Both the position numbers and the translations under genes were made by a program. 64,000 bases of DNA from Candidatus Cloacimonadales bacterium (GTDB lineage Bacteria; Cloacimonadota; Cloacimonadia; Cloacimonadales; JAFGVF01), in NCBI GenBank assembly GCA_963663475.2, contig CAXXJV010000001.1, positions 544,001 to 608,000 on the forward strand, given 5' to 3'. This document shows positions 40,629 through 51,502 of the stretch, piece after piece (position 1 is the first letter of the stretch; the number at the start of each line of letters is the position of its first letter). Under the pieces are notes generated by a model. That model did no database searches, was not told where the DNA came from, and was given only the letters and a program-made list of their open reading frames with translations.

Positions 40629-41579
40629 TTAACTTGGGTTAACACCAAAAATTTCTTTCATAGTTTTTACTGAACCCAGCATTGCGGTTGCTTCATAAGG
40701 TATAACAACTGTTTTATCACCTTGTTTAACAATCTGTTGAAATGCTTCAATATATTTTAATGCTATCTGATATTGAGCTGGATCCATAGATGTTTGCTTC
40801 ATAGCTTGAGCAATTAAATCAATTGATTTCTTTTCTGCTTCAGCAACTAATAATCTTGCTTCAGCTTTACCTTCAGCTTCTAAAATCTTAGATTTTTTAC
40901 TACCTTCTGCCACCATAATTGCAGACTCTCTTTCACCATCAGCTTGGAGAATCTTAGCCCTTCTATCTCTTTCAGCTCTCATCTGCTTTTCCATAGCAGC
41001 TTTGATTTCCTGAGGTGGGTCAATATCCTGTAATTCAACACGATTAACTTTCACTCCCCACTTATCAGTAGCTTCGTCAAGAATCATGCGTAACTTACTA
41101 TTTACAGTGTCTCTAGATGTCAAGGTTTTATCTAAATCTAATTCACCAATAACATTACGAAGGGTTGTTTGGGTAAGCTTTTCAATAGCTTGTGGAAGAT
41201 TTCTAATTTCATAGGTAGCCTTATAAGGATCAGTGATTTGGAAATATAAAAGAGCATTAATATTTATAGTTACATTATCACTTGTGATAACATTTTGACG
41301 TGGGAAATCGTAAACAGTCTCCCTTAAATCAATTCTATGCTCTGTTTTTTCTGAAATATATGTTGCTCCCTTAAAATCTGTTTTGATATTTCTCCAAGTA
41401 ATAGGCCTTTTTTGATCCAAAATTGGCACAATTAGATGTAAACCACTTTGCAGAGTTCTACTATATGTCCCGAGTCTCTCTATTATAACTACCTCTGCTT
41501 GTCTAACAACTATGATGCCTTTTGCAATAATGATTATGATTAACACTACTATTACTGCTACTGCAAATAATGCTTCCAT
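40629..41579 (-). CDS. SPFH/stomatin (band 7) protein
   Basis: N-terminal TM; VITSDNV, TTLRNVIG, WGVKVNRVE, QMRAERDRRA. Confidence 0.92.
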   Translation of the reverse strand: MEALFAVAVIVVLIIIIIAKGIIVVRQAEVVIIERLGTYSRTLQSGLHLIVPILDQKRPITWRNIKTDFKGATYISEKTEHRIDLRETVYDFPRQNVITSDNVTININALLYFQITDPYKATYEIRNLPQAIEKLTQTTLRNVIGELDLDKTLTSRDTVNSKLRMILDEATDKWGVKVNRVELQDIDPPQEIKAAMEKQMRAERDRRAKILQADGERESAIMVAEGSKKSKILEAEGKAEARLLVAEAEKKSIDLIAQAMKQTSMDPAQYQIALKYIEAFQQIVKQGDKTVVIPYEATAMLGSVKTMKEIFGVNPS

Positions 41580-41590
41580 TGCTTCCTCCT

Positions 41591-42022
41591 TTAAATTTTC
41601 CTGACAATTAGTTTATTACCATCTATGGAAAGAACTTCAATCTTCTCTCCATTATCTGCTTGAGAACCATCTTCGAGTAAAGCAGACCAAATTTCTCCAC
41701 CGACTTTTACTTCTCCTCTTCCATCTTGAGGAATTGGACTGATAACAAGACCTTTTTTCCCCACAAGTGCATATACATTTGTTTCTATCTTATTCTTCTT
41801 TAGAAGCTTCTCATATACCTTTCGCATTAAAAGAAATACGACAAAACTTACTATACCAAAAATCAATATCTGTAACCAGACTGGTGCCCCTAAAGTTGAG
41901 ATCGGACTAGTTACTAATCCTCCTATACCCAAGCTTATAAAAAAAACAGCTGGATCAAAAATCTCAATTATAATGCATAATACTCCAATTATTAACCAGA
42001 TTAACCAAGCATCTAAAACCAT
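41591..42022 (-). CDS. NfeD-like short membrane protein
   Basis: Three TM segments, GEVKVGGEIWSA OB-fold; upstream of SPFH gene; start set to ATG at 42022. Confidence 0.88.
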   Translation of the reverse strand: MVLDAWLIWLIIGVLCIIIEIFDPAVFFISLGIGGLVTSPISTLGAPVWLQILIFGIVSFVVFLLMRKVYEKLLKKNKIETNVYALVGKKGLVISPIPQDGRGEVKVGGEIWSALLEDGSQADNGEKIEVLSIDGNKLIVRKI

Positions 42023-42082
42023 ACTTACTCCTTTTAAAATAATAACCGACATTAGCCGGTTATTATTAAAGTTTATGTGTTA

Positions 42083-42997
42083 CTATTTGTCTGACGGCTT
42101 ATCTCCGTCTCCCTTATCTTTATCTTTATAGACACGTTTAACATGCCTTTTTCTGCCATAATTATAGCCATAACCATTATAGTTACCATACTTAGATCCC
42201 TTACTATAATAGTTACCATAGAGCTGACTAGTTTGAGTTCCTACAACTCCAAGAACTCTAAAAATCAACCTAGAACCAAGTACAATCAATGGTACTGCTA
42301 AGGCTAATATACCGAATGCTATAATAAAATGCTTTGCTAAGCCTGCCACATACTCTGCAGAATCAACACTCTTCTTGAAACTTTCGGAAAAAGCAATCAA
42401 GTAAAGATCATATTCTTTGTTCTGTAAAGAGTACTTCAAACTATTAATCCTGTTAATTTGCATATTAGTATCATCAATATCTTGAGAATATCCTTTGATA
42501 TTCGGATTATCTCTTCTTAATTGTTCAAGAACCTTTATCTTTTCTTGAAGAACAACTAAACTATCATTATAGGCTTCAATAGTTCCCGCACTTAAAGCAG
42601 TTGAGTAGTCACTAGAAAATTTTATCAGATTTGCTTTAGATTTAACTTTGTTGTTAAACTCTTTGGTTTCACTAACTGGAACTCTTACCATATATTCATA
42701 TTTAGATAGAATTGAACCACGATGTTTTTCTACATAATTAGATAAAAATCCTAAAGAATCTGCTATACTGTCAAAATTCTTAACTTCTAAGGCCATTTGG
42801 AAAACTGCATTATAATTAGATCTTTTGGATTTATCCCACCTGTAAAGAAGTTCATCTTGAAGATTAGCTGTTGATTTAGCACCTCTGGATTCTGGTGTTG
42901 CAAATGGTAGTCCTTCTCTTCTAAATGCCCAAGCTAAGGCTAGTAAAACCATAAAAATTAATATTATTCTTGTATTCCTATAACTTTTTCTACTCAC
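42083..42997 (-). CDS. Membrane protein, DUF4349-like
   Basis: N- and C-terminal TM segments, MVRVP motif, coiled coil, Tyr/Gly-rich tail. Confidence 0.5.
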   Translation of the reverse strand: MSRKSYRNTRIILIFMVLLALAWAFRREGLPFATPESRGAKSTANLQDELLYRWDKSKRSNYNAVFQMALEVKNFDSIADSLGFLSNYVEKHRGSILSKYEYMVRVPVSETKEFNNKVKSKANLIKFSSDYSTALSAGTIEAYNDSLVVLQEKIKVLEQLRRDNPNIKGYSQDIDDTNMQINRINSLKYSLQNKEYDLYLIAFSESFKKSVDSAEYVAGLAKHFIIAFGILALAVPLIVLGSRLIFRVLGVVGTQTSQLYGNYYSKGSKYGNYNGYGYNYGRKRHVKRVYKDKDKGDGDKPSDK

Positions 42998-43122
42998 ATC
43001 TACTCCTTCTCATTTAACATAATATAAGCATAAACAACTCTATTAGATAAAGTAAAATTTGTCAATCACATTTTAATATATTTATCTTAAGTTAATTATT
43101 TTTAGGTTAAAATATGTTAGTT

Positions 43123-44817
43123 TTATTTGGTATTTTCGTTTGTTTTTAAAATCTCCTGAGCATGTTTCAAGGAGGTTTCACTAGTCTTACCTGCAAGCAT
43201 TCTAGAAATTTCTACTTCTCTCTCTTTCTTACTTAATAATTCTATTGATATTTCTGTTTTATCAGCAAGGATATTCTTTACTATTTTATAATGCCAGCTA
43301 CCTTTAGCAGCAACTTGTGGTAGGTGGGTAATACATAAAACCTGATGTTTGCTACCAATACTAGCAATATAATCAGCTATATATAAAGCTGTATTACCAC
43401 CAATACCGACATCTATTTCATCAAAAATTATAGTTCTAGCGACTATTTTATCGGACAGTATCTTTTTCAATGCTAAGAGCATCCTAGATAATTCACCACC
43501 AGAGGCAGATTCTTTTAAAGGCTGTAAATCAACCCCTAAGTTAGCTGAAAAAAGTAAATTTATCTTGTCATAACCACTTTCATTTATTTCTTTTAGTTTA
43601 TTTTCAAGTAAGATTTCATTAAAAAGAAAATCTACCTTTGCATTAGCTAATGATAAATTCTCAATATTCTTTTCAATTTCCTCTTTTAACTCTTTGGCAT
43701 GGTCTTTTCTCAGTTTAGATAACTTATCAGCAAGTTTAAGCAGACTTTTTTCTAGCTTTTGGATATGATTCTCCTGTTTAGTTATCTCAGAGCTCAACTG
43801 TGATTTGTTTAAAAGAAAGTCATTTATTTCTTGGTAGTATTCCAGCAATAATTCAACACTATTTACATGGTATTTGGTTTTGATACCTTCTATTTGCTTT
43901 ATCCTATCTTCCACAATCTCAAGTCTTTCTTGGTCTAAAGAAACAACATCTTCTACTTCCCTTAGACTACTAATCCCATCCTCTATGAGAGATTTGGCAT
44001 CATGAAAAAATTCTGTTGCTATCTTAATCTGAGATAAATCAGAATTAAATTCACTAAGTTTATTGAGAGCAGAAGATAATCTATCAATCAATGAGTTCTC
44101 ATCTTCATACATCTCCTGCACCAGCTCTCTTCCAAGCATGCGAATTCTGTCTGCATTAATTAAGATATTATATTCATGATCTAAGTCTTCCAACTCATTA
44201 GCCTTAAGGTTGAGTTCATCTAATTCAGCAACTTGATACTCATAGAGCTTTGTTTTTTCTTCTAGTTCATAATTTTTCTTAATCAATTTTTTAAGCTTTT
44301 GCTTCTCACTTAGCCAAATTAAGTAGTCTTTTTCTACTTGATCTCTGAGAGAAGTCAAACCTCCATAAGCATCAAGGACTTGTAGCTGGTAATCTTGTTC
44401 ATTTAAGTTTAACTGCTCATTTTGAGAATGAAAATCCAGTAAAAGATCACGAAACTCTTTAATAATACTATTTGTTACTCTTCTACCATTAATAAAAGAA
44501 GCATTCTTCCCTTTTGTAGTAATTTCTTTTACGAAAAAGAGTTCATTATCTTCAAGTTCAATAGAGTATTTTTCTATCAAAACTTCTAGCTCATTATTAC
44601 TAGAATCAATTTCAAAATCTACTTCTAAATAAATATTCTTATCTTTTTCATAAAAGTAATTACCTCTTACCATACCACCTAATACTAGGTTTAAACCACC
44701 AACTAGAACAGATTTTCCAGCTCCTGTTTCACCAGTAATTACATTCATCCCTTTATGAAAATTTAGTTCTAAATCCTTAATTAGTACAAAGTTTTTAAAC
44801 TTTATTCTGGAAATCAT
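43123..44817 (-). CDS. recN: DNA repair protein RecN
   Basis: TGETGAGKS, SGGELSR, FDEIDVG, ITHLPQVA. Confidence 0.95.
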   Translation of the reverse strand: MISRIKFKNFVLIKDLELNFHKGMNVITGETGAGKSVLVGGLNLVLGGMVRGNYFYEKDKNIYLEVDFEIDSSNNELEVLIEKYSIELEDNELFFVKEITTKGKNASFINGRRVTNSIIKEFRDLLLDFHSQNEQLNLNEQDYQLQVLDAYGGLTSLRDQVEKDYLIWLSEKQKLKKLIKKNYELEEKTKLYEYQVAELDELNLKANELEDLDHEYNILINADRIRMLGRELVQEMYEDENSLIDRLSSALNKLSEFNSDLSQIKIATEFFHDAKSLIEDGISSLREVEDVVSLDQERLEIVEDRIKQIEGIKTKYHVNSVELLLEYYQEINDFLLNKSQLSSEITKQENHIQKLEKSLLKLADKLSKLRKDHAKELKEEIEKNIENLSLANAKVDFLFNEILLENKLKEINESGYDKINLLFSANLGVDLQPLKESASGGELSRMLLALKKILSDKIVARTIIFDEIDVGIGGNTALYIADYIASIGSKHQVLCITHLPQVAAKGSWHYKIVKNILADKTEISIELLSKKEREVEISRMLAGKTSETSLKHAQEILKTNENTK

Positions 44818-45668
44818 ATTCGCCCCATATGCATCTTCTTACGCATAATTTGATAGAATGTTTTATTTGATAATTTAATAAAATCTACTTTCTTAGTAGC
44901 CCCATTGATTTTAATAATATCCCCTTCTAAAAGAGAAATAACATTGACCCCATCAACCTGCAACATTGGCTCATCATGACAGCTGATCAGTTCAAAGGAA
45001 AGCAAATCCTTTGCAGAAAAGACAATTGGTCTAATTGAAAGAATATGAGGATTTAAGGGACAAAAGACTATTGCTTCCATTAGGGGGTCGAGAATAGGTC
45101 CACCTCCAGAAAGAGAATAGGCTGTAGAACCTGTTGGAGTTGACGCAACTAATCCATCACATCTAGTAGTGTAGATAAGTCTATTATTTGTCCTAATTTT
45201 TACCTCAATCATCTTGGGTGTATTTGCTCTAAAAAGAACAGCATCATTTAAGGCTAAATCCCTATAAATCAACTTATTCTCCCGATACACTTTTATATCA
45301 AGTAAGAGGCGAGACTGTACTTTATATCTATTATTAATCAATAATTTAATTGATCTTTCTAAAAGCTCAGGTTTGGTCTCGGAAAGAAATCCTAGCTTGC
45401 CAATATTGATTCCTAGAAGAGGAGCATTAGTAAGTAAGGCATACTTCTTTGCCCTCAAAATTGTTCCATCGCCACCAAAAACTAATATTGAATTTAAAGT
45501 TATCCCTTTCCCATACTGAAAGGCTTTAACAAAATTTGGTAAGATATCTAATTGATCATCAAAACCATAAAATTCAATATCATAATTATCGTTAAGACTT
45601 CTAATAATCTCACTCTGCTTTTGCCTATCATAATATTCTGTGTGGATGAAAAGACCAAATTTATTCAT
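44814..45668 (-). CDS. nadK: NAD kinase
   Basis: GGDGTIL, GKLGFL, STPTGSTAYSLSGGGP. Confidence 0.95.
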   Translation of the reverse strand: MNKFGLFIHTEYYDRQKQSEIIRSLNDNYDIEFYGFDDQLDILPNFVKAFQYGKGITLNSILVFGGDGTILRAKKYALLTNAPLLGINIGKLGFLSETKPELLERSIKLLINNRYKVQSRLLLDIKVYRENKLIYRDLALNDAVLFRANTPKMIEVKIRTNNRLIYTTRCDGLVASTPTGSTAYSLSGGGPILDPLMEAIVFCPLNPHILSIRPIVFSAKDLLSFELISCHDEPMLQVDGVNVISLLEGDIIKINGATKKVDFIKLSNKTFYQIMRKKMHMGRI

Positions 45669-46734
45669 AATTCACCGATTCTATAATCCTTAAATATGAT
45701 TCATATACCTTTTGGGGAATATCTCCTCTAGCAAGAGCATCTAAAACCCCACAGTTATCTTCATGAGTATGGCTACAGTTATTAAAATAGCAAGCATACC
45801 TATCAAAACCTGGAAAGTTATTATAGACTAAACTGACATTATCCCTTTTTAAGGCTAATGTTTTTATACCAGGTGTATCTACTATGAAACCACCAAAATC
45901 CCATTCTAATAGTTTTGAGTTTGTTGTTGTATGCCTACCTTTTTCATTATAATTACTTATCTGCCCCACCTTAAGATCTAAACTTGGCATCAAAGCATTT
46001 ATAACAGAAGATTTACCAACCCCTGATTGTCCAGAAAATACAGATATCTTGTCTTGAAGAAAATCTTTTAATTTGTCAATTCCTTCCCCACTTTCAGCAG
46101 AAACAAAAAAGCTTTTATAACCACTTTCAATATAATAGGCTAGCATTTCTTGATAATATTCTACATCATCAACCAAGTCTATCTTATTTACACAGATAAC
46201 CGGTTCTATATTATCAATACCACATTGAATAATAAATCTATCTATTATACCTAACTTTAGCATAGGTTGGACACATGAAACTGTGATAATAGCATAATCC
46301 ATATTACTAGCAATTAGAATTTCTTTTTGATAAGAACCTTCAGAATACCTCATTAGCTTATTTTTTCTATCTATTAACTCTTCAATCCTGTAAGGAGAAC
46401 CTTGAGAAGTATCTATTTTTACCTTATCACCAATTGCCATTACCCTTCTTTGATTAAACATAAACTGCTTAAGACGACCACCAAGCAAGGCTGTGACTTC
46501 TTGACCTTTTAATCTAACCTTAAACATGTTGTTGGTCATGATTTCTGTAATAAGACCATCTTCTAGATTTACATCTCGCTTAAGAGTCTTCTTATTCCTG
46601 TTTTGCCCCCTACTTACAGCCTTTTTTTCATGGCTATAGTCATAATCCAAAAAATCATCAACATCATCAATATGAACATTTTTTAAATTACGCTCAGTTG
46701 ACTTAATCCTTACTTTATCTTTTCTTTTATCCAT
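45661..46734 (-). CDS. rsgA: Ribosome small subunit-dependent GTPase RsgA
   Basis: NKID, GQSGVGKSS, GRHTT, DTPG, CxxxxCxHxxExxC; start set to ATG at 46734. Confidence 0.93.
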   Translation of the reverse strand: MDKRKDKVRIKSTERNLKNVHIDDVDDFLDYDYSHEKKAVSRGQNRNKKTLKRDVNLEDGLITEIMTNNMFKVRLKGQEVTALLGGRLKQFMFNQRRVMAIGDKVKIDTSQGSPYRIEELIDRKNKLMRYSEGSYQKEILIASNMDYAIITVSCVQPMLKLGIIDRFIIQCGIDNIEPVICVNKIDLVDDVEYYQEMLAYYIESGYKSFFVSAESGEGIDKLKDFLQDKISVFSGQSGVGKSSVINALMPSLDLKVGQISNYNEKGRHTTTNSKLLEWDFGGFIVDTPGIKTLALKRDNVSLVYNNFPGFDRYACYFNNCSHTHEDNCGVLDALARGDIPQKVYESYLRIIESVNYE

Positions 46735-46990
46735 TTGTACCCATTTTTTTATTCTTTGTTCAAGTATCAAATCTAATGGTTTTGTTGTAAAGAAATTTCT
46801 TTGTTCTAGAATATTTTGCTGATCTACTACTTAAAAGAAGAAATTGTTAATAATAGACTAATCCTTGCTTTTAAGAGATTCAAGATTTTTATATTGACTA
46901 TCTTAGGAATTATTTTTTTATGGTATAATGTTATAATTTTGTTAAACTTATATAAATCTAGAATAAAAATTAAAAAGTGATGGAGGAAAT

Positions 46991-48052
46991 ATGAAAACTG
47001 GTGGAAACCGTTATGGAACTCACAGAGTAATTGAACCTAAGGGTGTTTTACCGCAACCAGCAAGAGTTGTGGATAATGATATGACAGAGATATGGGATAA
47101 TGAGATGCTTATAGATGTTATAAGATTAAATATTGACTCTGCATCATTTCATCAAATAAAAACCAAATTAGCCAATCAAGGCCATAAAGAAGATTTAGCT
47201 CAAGCATTTGCTGATCATGTTATAGATTTAACAGAAAGAACTGGAAAGCACAAGAATGAAGATACTGGTTCAGGTGGAATGCTAATTGGCAGAATTGCTA
47301 AATTAGGACCAAACTTCGAGATGAAAGAAGAGGTAAAAGAAGGTGATTTAATAGCTTCATTAGTATCTTTATCATTAACTCCTTTAAAAGTTAAACAAGT
47401 TAAGAAAGTTATCTTAGAAAAAGACCAAGTAGAGATTGAAGGACAAGCTATTCTTTTCTCTTCAGGTATCTATGCAAAACTTCCAGAAGATATGGATATC
47501 AACCTTGCTTTATCAGTACTTGATGTAGCTGGTGCTCCTGCTCAAGCTGAGAGATTAGCAAAAGCTGGTGATACTGTTGTTGTTCTTGGTGCTGGTGGAA
47601 AATCAGGTGTATTATGTAATGCAGTTAGCCGTGAAAGAGTTGGTGTTTCTGGAAAAGTTATCGGTATTGTCCACAACGAACATAGTGTTGAACCAGCTTT
47701 AAAATCTGGCTGTAATGAAGTTTATGTTGGTGATGCAACAAATGCTCTTCAGATTGAAGAAATAGTTCATAACGCAACAAACGGTCAAATGGCTGATTTA
47801 GTAATCAACGTTGTTAATGTTGAGAATACAGAAATGTCTACTATTATGGCTTGTAAAGATCGTGGAACAGTCTATTTCTTCTCAATGGCTACATCCTTCA
47901 CAAAAGCTGCTTTAGGTGCTGAGGGTATCGGTGCTGATGTTGATATGATACTTGGTAATGGTTATGCTCACAACCATGCTTTAATCTCAATTGATTTACT
48001 AAAACGTAACCCATACTTAATGGAGTTATTTAAACAAAGATATACTGACTAA
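46991..48052 (+). CDS. kdd: L-erythro-3,5-diaminohexanoate dehydrogenase
   Basis: YGTHRVIEPKGVLPQPA, TGSGGMLIG, SLVSLSLTPL, FFSMATSF; directly upstream of kamA. Confidence 0.9.
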   Translation: MKTGGNRYGTHRVIEPKGVLPQPARVVDNDMTEIWDNEMLIDVIRLNIDSASFHQIKTKLANQGHKEDLAQAFADHVIDLTERTGKHKNEDTGSGGMLIGRIAKLGPNFEMKEEVKEGDLIASLVSLSLTPLKVKQVKKVILEKDQVEIEGQAILFSSGIYAKLPEDMDINLALSVLDVAGAPAQAERLAKAGDTVVVLGAGGKSGVLCNAVSRERVGVSGKVIGIVHNEHSVEPALKSGCNEVYVGDATNALQIEEIVHNATNGQMADLVINVVNVENTEMSTIMACKDRGTVYFFSMATSFTKAALGAEGIGADVDMILGNGYAHNHALISIDLLKRNPYLMELFKQRYTD

Positions 48053-48065
48053 GCCAGGAGGATGA

Positions 48066-49310
48066 ATGTCCCAACTTATAGATATTAAAACAATTGCCAC
48101 TGAAGAAGAATGGAATAGCTGGCACTGGCAATTAAAAAATAGAGTTACTACATACGAAGATTTAAAGAAGTACATAGAACTTACTCCTGAAGAAGATCAA
48201 GTTTTTGCAGGTGGTAATTTCCCATTTAGAATGGCTATTACTCCTTACTATCTCTCAATAATTGACCAAAAGAATCCTAATGATCCTGTCAGAATGCAGG
48301 CAATTCCTAAGATTCAAGAATCTAAATTAGTTACTACTGATATGGATGACCCTCTTCATGAAGATACTGATTCTCCTACTCCTGGGTTAACTCACAGATA
48401 TCCAGACAGAACCTTATTACTTCTCACAGACCAATGCTCTATGTATTGCCGTCACTGTACTAGAAGAAGAAAAGCTGGTGAGCACGATGCTCCAATGCCA
48501 AAGGATAATGTATCAAAAGCTATTGAATACATCCGTAATACTAAAGAAGTAAGAGATGTTATTCTTTCTGGTGGTGATCCTTTAACACTTTCAACTGCCA
48601 GATTAGAAGAAGTTATTTCTGAAATCGCAGCTATTGACCATGTTGATATCATCAGAATTGGTTCTAGAATACCTGTTGTTCTACCTCAGAGAATTGATGA
48701 TGAATTAATCACCATGCTTAAAAAATACCCTATGATTTGGTTAAACACTCATTTCAATCATCCAAATGAAATGACTCCTGAAGCTGAGAAAGCTTTAGCA
48801 AAATTAGCAAATGCAGGTGTTGTCCTAGGAAACCAATCTGTACTCCTTAAAGGTATAAATGACCATGTTGACGTTATGAAAAAATTAGTTCATACTCTTG
48901 TTAAGAATAGAGTAAGACCTTACTACATCTACCAATGTGATCTTTCTGAAGGTATTTCTCATTTCAGAACCCCTATTTCTAAGGGTATTGAAATTATGGA
49001 ATCACTCAGAGGCCATACTTCTGGTTTATGTATTCCAACCTACGTTGTTGATGCTCCAGGTGGTGGTGGTAAAATACCTGTTCTTCCTAATTACATTGTT
49101 TCTCAAATGCCTGGTAGAACTATTCTTCGTAACTATGAAGGCTTTATCACAACTTATACTGAACCTGAATATAAGGAACAAAATGACAGTGATTACTGCC
49201 AATTAGTTTCTGAAGAAAGAAAATCAACAGAAGGTGTCATGAGTCTTCTTAGAGGCGAAAAAGTCTCAATTGGACCTGCTGATACCAAAAGAAATAAAAG
49301 ACACAAGTAA
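48066..49310 (+). CDS. kamA: L-lysine 2,3-aminomutase (radical SAM)
   Basis: THRYPDR, CSMYCRHC, SGGDPL, DAPGGGGK. Confidence 0.95.
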   Translation: MSQLIDIKTIATEEEWNSWHWQLKNRVTTYEDLKKYIELTPEEDQVFAGGNFPFRMAITPYYLSIIDQKNPNDPVRMQAIPKIQESKLVTTDMDDPLHEDTDSPTPGLTHRYPDRTLLLLTDQCSMYCRHCTRRRKAGEHDAPMPKDNVSKAIEYIRNTKEVRDVILSGGDPLTLSTARLEEVISEIAAIDHVDIIRIGSRIPVVLPQRIDDELITMLKKYPMIWLNTHFNHPNEMTPEAEKALAKLANAGVVLGNQSVLLKGINDHVDVMKKLVHTLVKNRVRPYYIYQCDLSEGISHFRTPISKGIEIMESLRGHTSGLCIPTYVVDAPGGGGKIPVLPNYIVSQMPGRTILRNYEGFITTYTEPEYKEQNDSDYCQLVSEERKSTEGVMSLLRGEKVSIGPADTKRNKRHK

Positions 49311-49332
49311 TCTGATTATTTGTTAATTATAT

Positions 49333-49369
49333 AAAAGGCTGATTTAAGGAAACTAAATCAGCCCTTTTT
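49333..49369. terminator. Bidirectional intrinsic terminator
   Basis: AAAA-GGCTGATTTA-aggaaac-TAAATCAGCC-CTTTTT between convergent kamA and methylase. Confidence 0.8.
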
Positions 49370-49371
49370 AT

Positions 49372-50295
49372 CTACTTTGAAAGAAGTTTATAGTTCTGAA
49401 AATTCTCAAAAAATGTTAATTGTTCAACTTTTTCCATTTGCAAATCAATAATCTTTGTGTCAAAATTAGTAATTAAAGCTTCTACCATTGGGTTTCTATT
49501 TGTTTCTTTCCCACCAACATGATAAAAATGATCTCTGGTTTTAATTGAAAACTTCTTCCATAGTTTTTCTATATATTCATTTGCTCTATAATCGTTATGG
49601 TGCCATGTTGACAGAATAAAATCAGCTTTTGTTTCGTTTAATGCTCTAAACAATTCTTCTTCTTTCTCTTGGTCCCATCCGTTAAAATAATCAGCATGTC
49701 TATCAATATAAGGAGGATCACAATATAAAATATCATTTGCTGCACCTTGTAGTATTGTACTTGAAAAATCTCTACACATAAATTCAAAATCTTTAACTTT
49801 TAGTAAATAATAAACGTATTCAAGTTGATTTATGATTTTTGTAACATAGGCTTGAGCAAACCTTTCTGGTTTCTTACAAAACGGTACATTGAAACCACCT
49901 TTCCGATTAAACCTAATCATTCCATTAAAACATGATCTGTTAAGAAATAGAAAATCTAACGGATCTTGATGTTTATTAAACCTTTCTCTTATAAAATAAT
50001 AGTGTTCTTCGCCTTTTTGAGCAAGAAGATTCCCCTCCCTAATAAGAAAAGCCTTTGCTATACTAGGAGTTATGGCATCATTTTGGATAGATTTATAAAA
50101 ATTAATTAAGTGAGGATTTGTATCACAGAGCAGAGCTGATTTGGGTACGATATTAAAGGCAACTACTCCCGTTCCCATAAAAGGTTCAATCCATCGCCCA
50201 TCAAAGGATTCGGGGACAATACTATTTATCCAAGGAACTAATTTTGTTTTTATACCTTGAGATTTTATTGGTGGAACAAATATCTTTGTTTTCAC
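49372..50295 (-). CDS. N6-adenine DNA methyltransferase, M.EcoRV-like (Dam/D12 family)
   Basis: [37 protein letters not shown]; closely matches my recollection of M.EcoRV. Confidence 0.92.
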   Translation of the reverse strand: MKTKIFVPPIKSQGIKTKLVPWINSIVPESFDGRWIEPFMGTGVVAFNIVPKSALLCDTNPHLINFYKSIQNDAITPSIAKAFLIREGNLLAQKGEEHYYFIRERFNKHQDPLDFLFLNRSCFNGMIRFNRKGGFNVPFCKKPERFAQAYVTKIINQLEYVYYLLKVKDFEFMCRDFSSTILQGAANDILYCDPPYIDRHADYFNGWDQEKEEELFRALNETKADFILSTWHHNDYRANEYIEKLWKKFSIKTRDHFYHVGGKETNRNPMVEALITNFDTKIIDLQMEKVEQLTFFENFQNYKLLSK

Positions 50296-50297
50296 AA

Positions 50298-51125
50298 TTA
50301 CTCCTTTGTCCGTTTGGGAACAATCAATTTTGTATTCCCTTTTCTATATTCTATAAATTCCTTTAAGGATGATATGGTCTTTGTTTCTCCAGACTCGTTA
50401 GTTTTCTTAATCTTTCTATAATTGATCCAATAGTCATCAAACCACTTTTCTCCAAGTTTAGAAAACATTCCATTTCCACTTACAATATCATTAATATGTG
50501 TTATACTCCCAATATTTGCAGTGTTTCCACTTCCTCCTTTGTCACTTGCAATTTTCCATTTTTCGACTACAAAAAATTGAAAATCTTTTACTACAGAAGA
50601 AATTGATTTGAGTTGAGATAGTTTATAGCTCTTAGTTTCGTTAAAATCAGGAGAATAAGCACGACTGTATATTATTCCTAAGCAGAAATGACCTAAATAT
50701 GAATTATAAGGAAATTGAATGTTTTTTCTGCTTATTCTATTTTCGAAATACTCTCCGTGAGATCCAAGCGTAAATCCATTACACAGATAAGGTTTATCTT
50801 CTCTTCTATAAGTTGTCTTAAAGTCAATGGCGAATTTAATATCTTCATCTTCTTTTTTAACCATTGATATATCAGGGTAGTAATTCTGATGGTCAGCTAG
50901 TACTACTTTATAACCATTTATATTAGCAAATTCAATAATCTTAGGGAATAAATGTATCTCTAAAATTTTAGATAGTATCTTAGTATCTCCTGAAATCGTA
51001 TAGATGTTTTTAAAAACATCTATAAATCCTTTTACTGTCCATTGACCATCATTTGTACTAACATGCTTTTGAAAAGTATCAACAAACTCTTTTAGTTTTT
51101 TTTCGAAATATTGTTTTTCGTTCAA
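50298..51125 (-). CDS. Type II restriction endonuclease, EcoRV family
   Basis: [35 protein letters not shown] recognition loop. Confidence 0.9.
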   Translation of the reverse strand: MNEKQYFEKKLKEFVDTFQKHVSTNDGQWTVKGFIDVFKNIYTISGDTKILSKILEIHLFPKIIEFANINGYKVVLADHQNYYPDISMVKKEDEDIKFAIDFKTTYRREDKPYLCNGFTLGSHGEYFENRISRKNIQFPYNSYLGHFCLGIIYSRAYSPDFNETKSYKLSQLKSISSVVKDFQFFVVEKWKIASDKGGSGNTANIGSITHINDIVSGNGMFSKLGEKWFDDYWINYRKIKKTNESGETKTISSLKEFIEYRKGNTKLIVPKRTKE

Positions 51126-51502
51126 TTTTATTCCTTTTTAGTTTAATAATATATTATGTTAAATAAAATTAATGAATAATTGTTCAACTGTCAATAAAAA
51201 TTTCACTTTTTTCCAGTGTATTTAAGGAGACTATTCAATTATCAAACCACCCTTCTCAATAGCTTATCCTTAATTAAGGCGATAATATTGCCCAACTTTA
51301 GGTTTTCTTGATATTTTTTAAGATTTTTTATTAGTGATATTGCCTTTTCAGGCATATGCTAGCCTCTTCAGTCGGACGGTTTTTCTTCCGAAGCTTTAGC
51401 CAAGTATTACTAAAGCACTACTTCACCATTCGGGTTAAAGATAAGTCTTTGCTATTTTATCAAATCAGACTATTATCTGTGCAAAGAATAGGAGTGAAAA
51501 AA

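Noticed and set aside
51356-51502. N-terminal extension of the pirin ORF (also of gap, addB, rsgA and nfeD ORFs)
   Set aside because: Downstream ATGs match family N-termini, most with a clear RBS; the extensions are longest-ORF artefacts.
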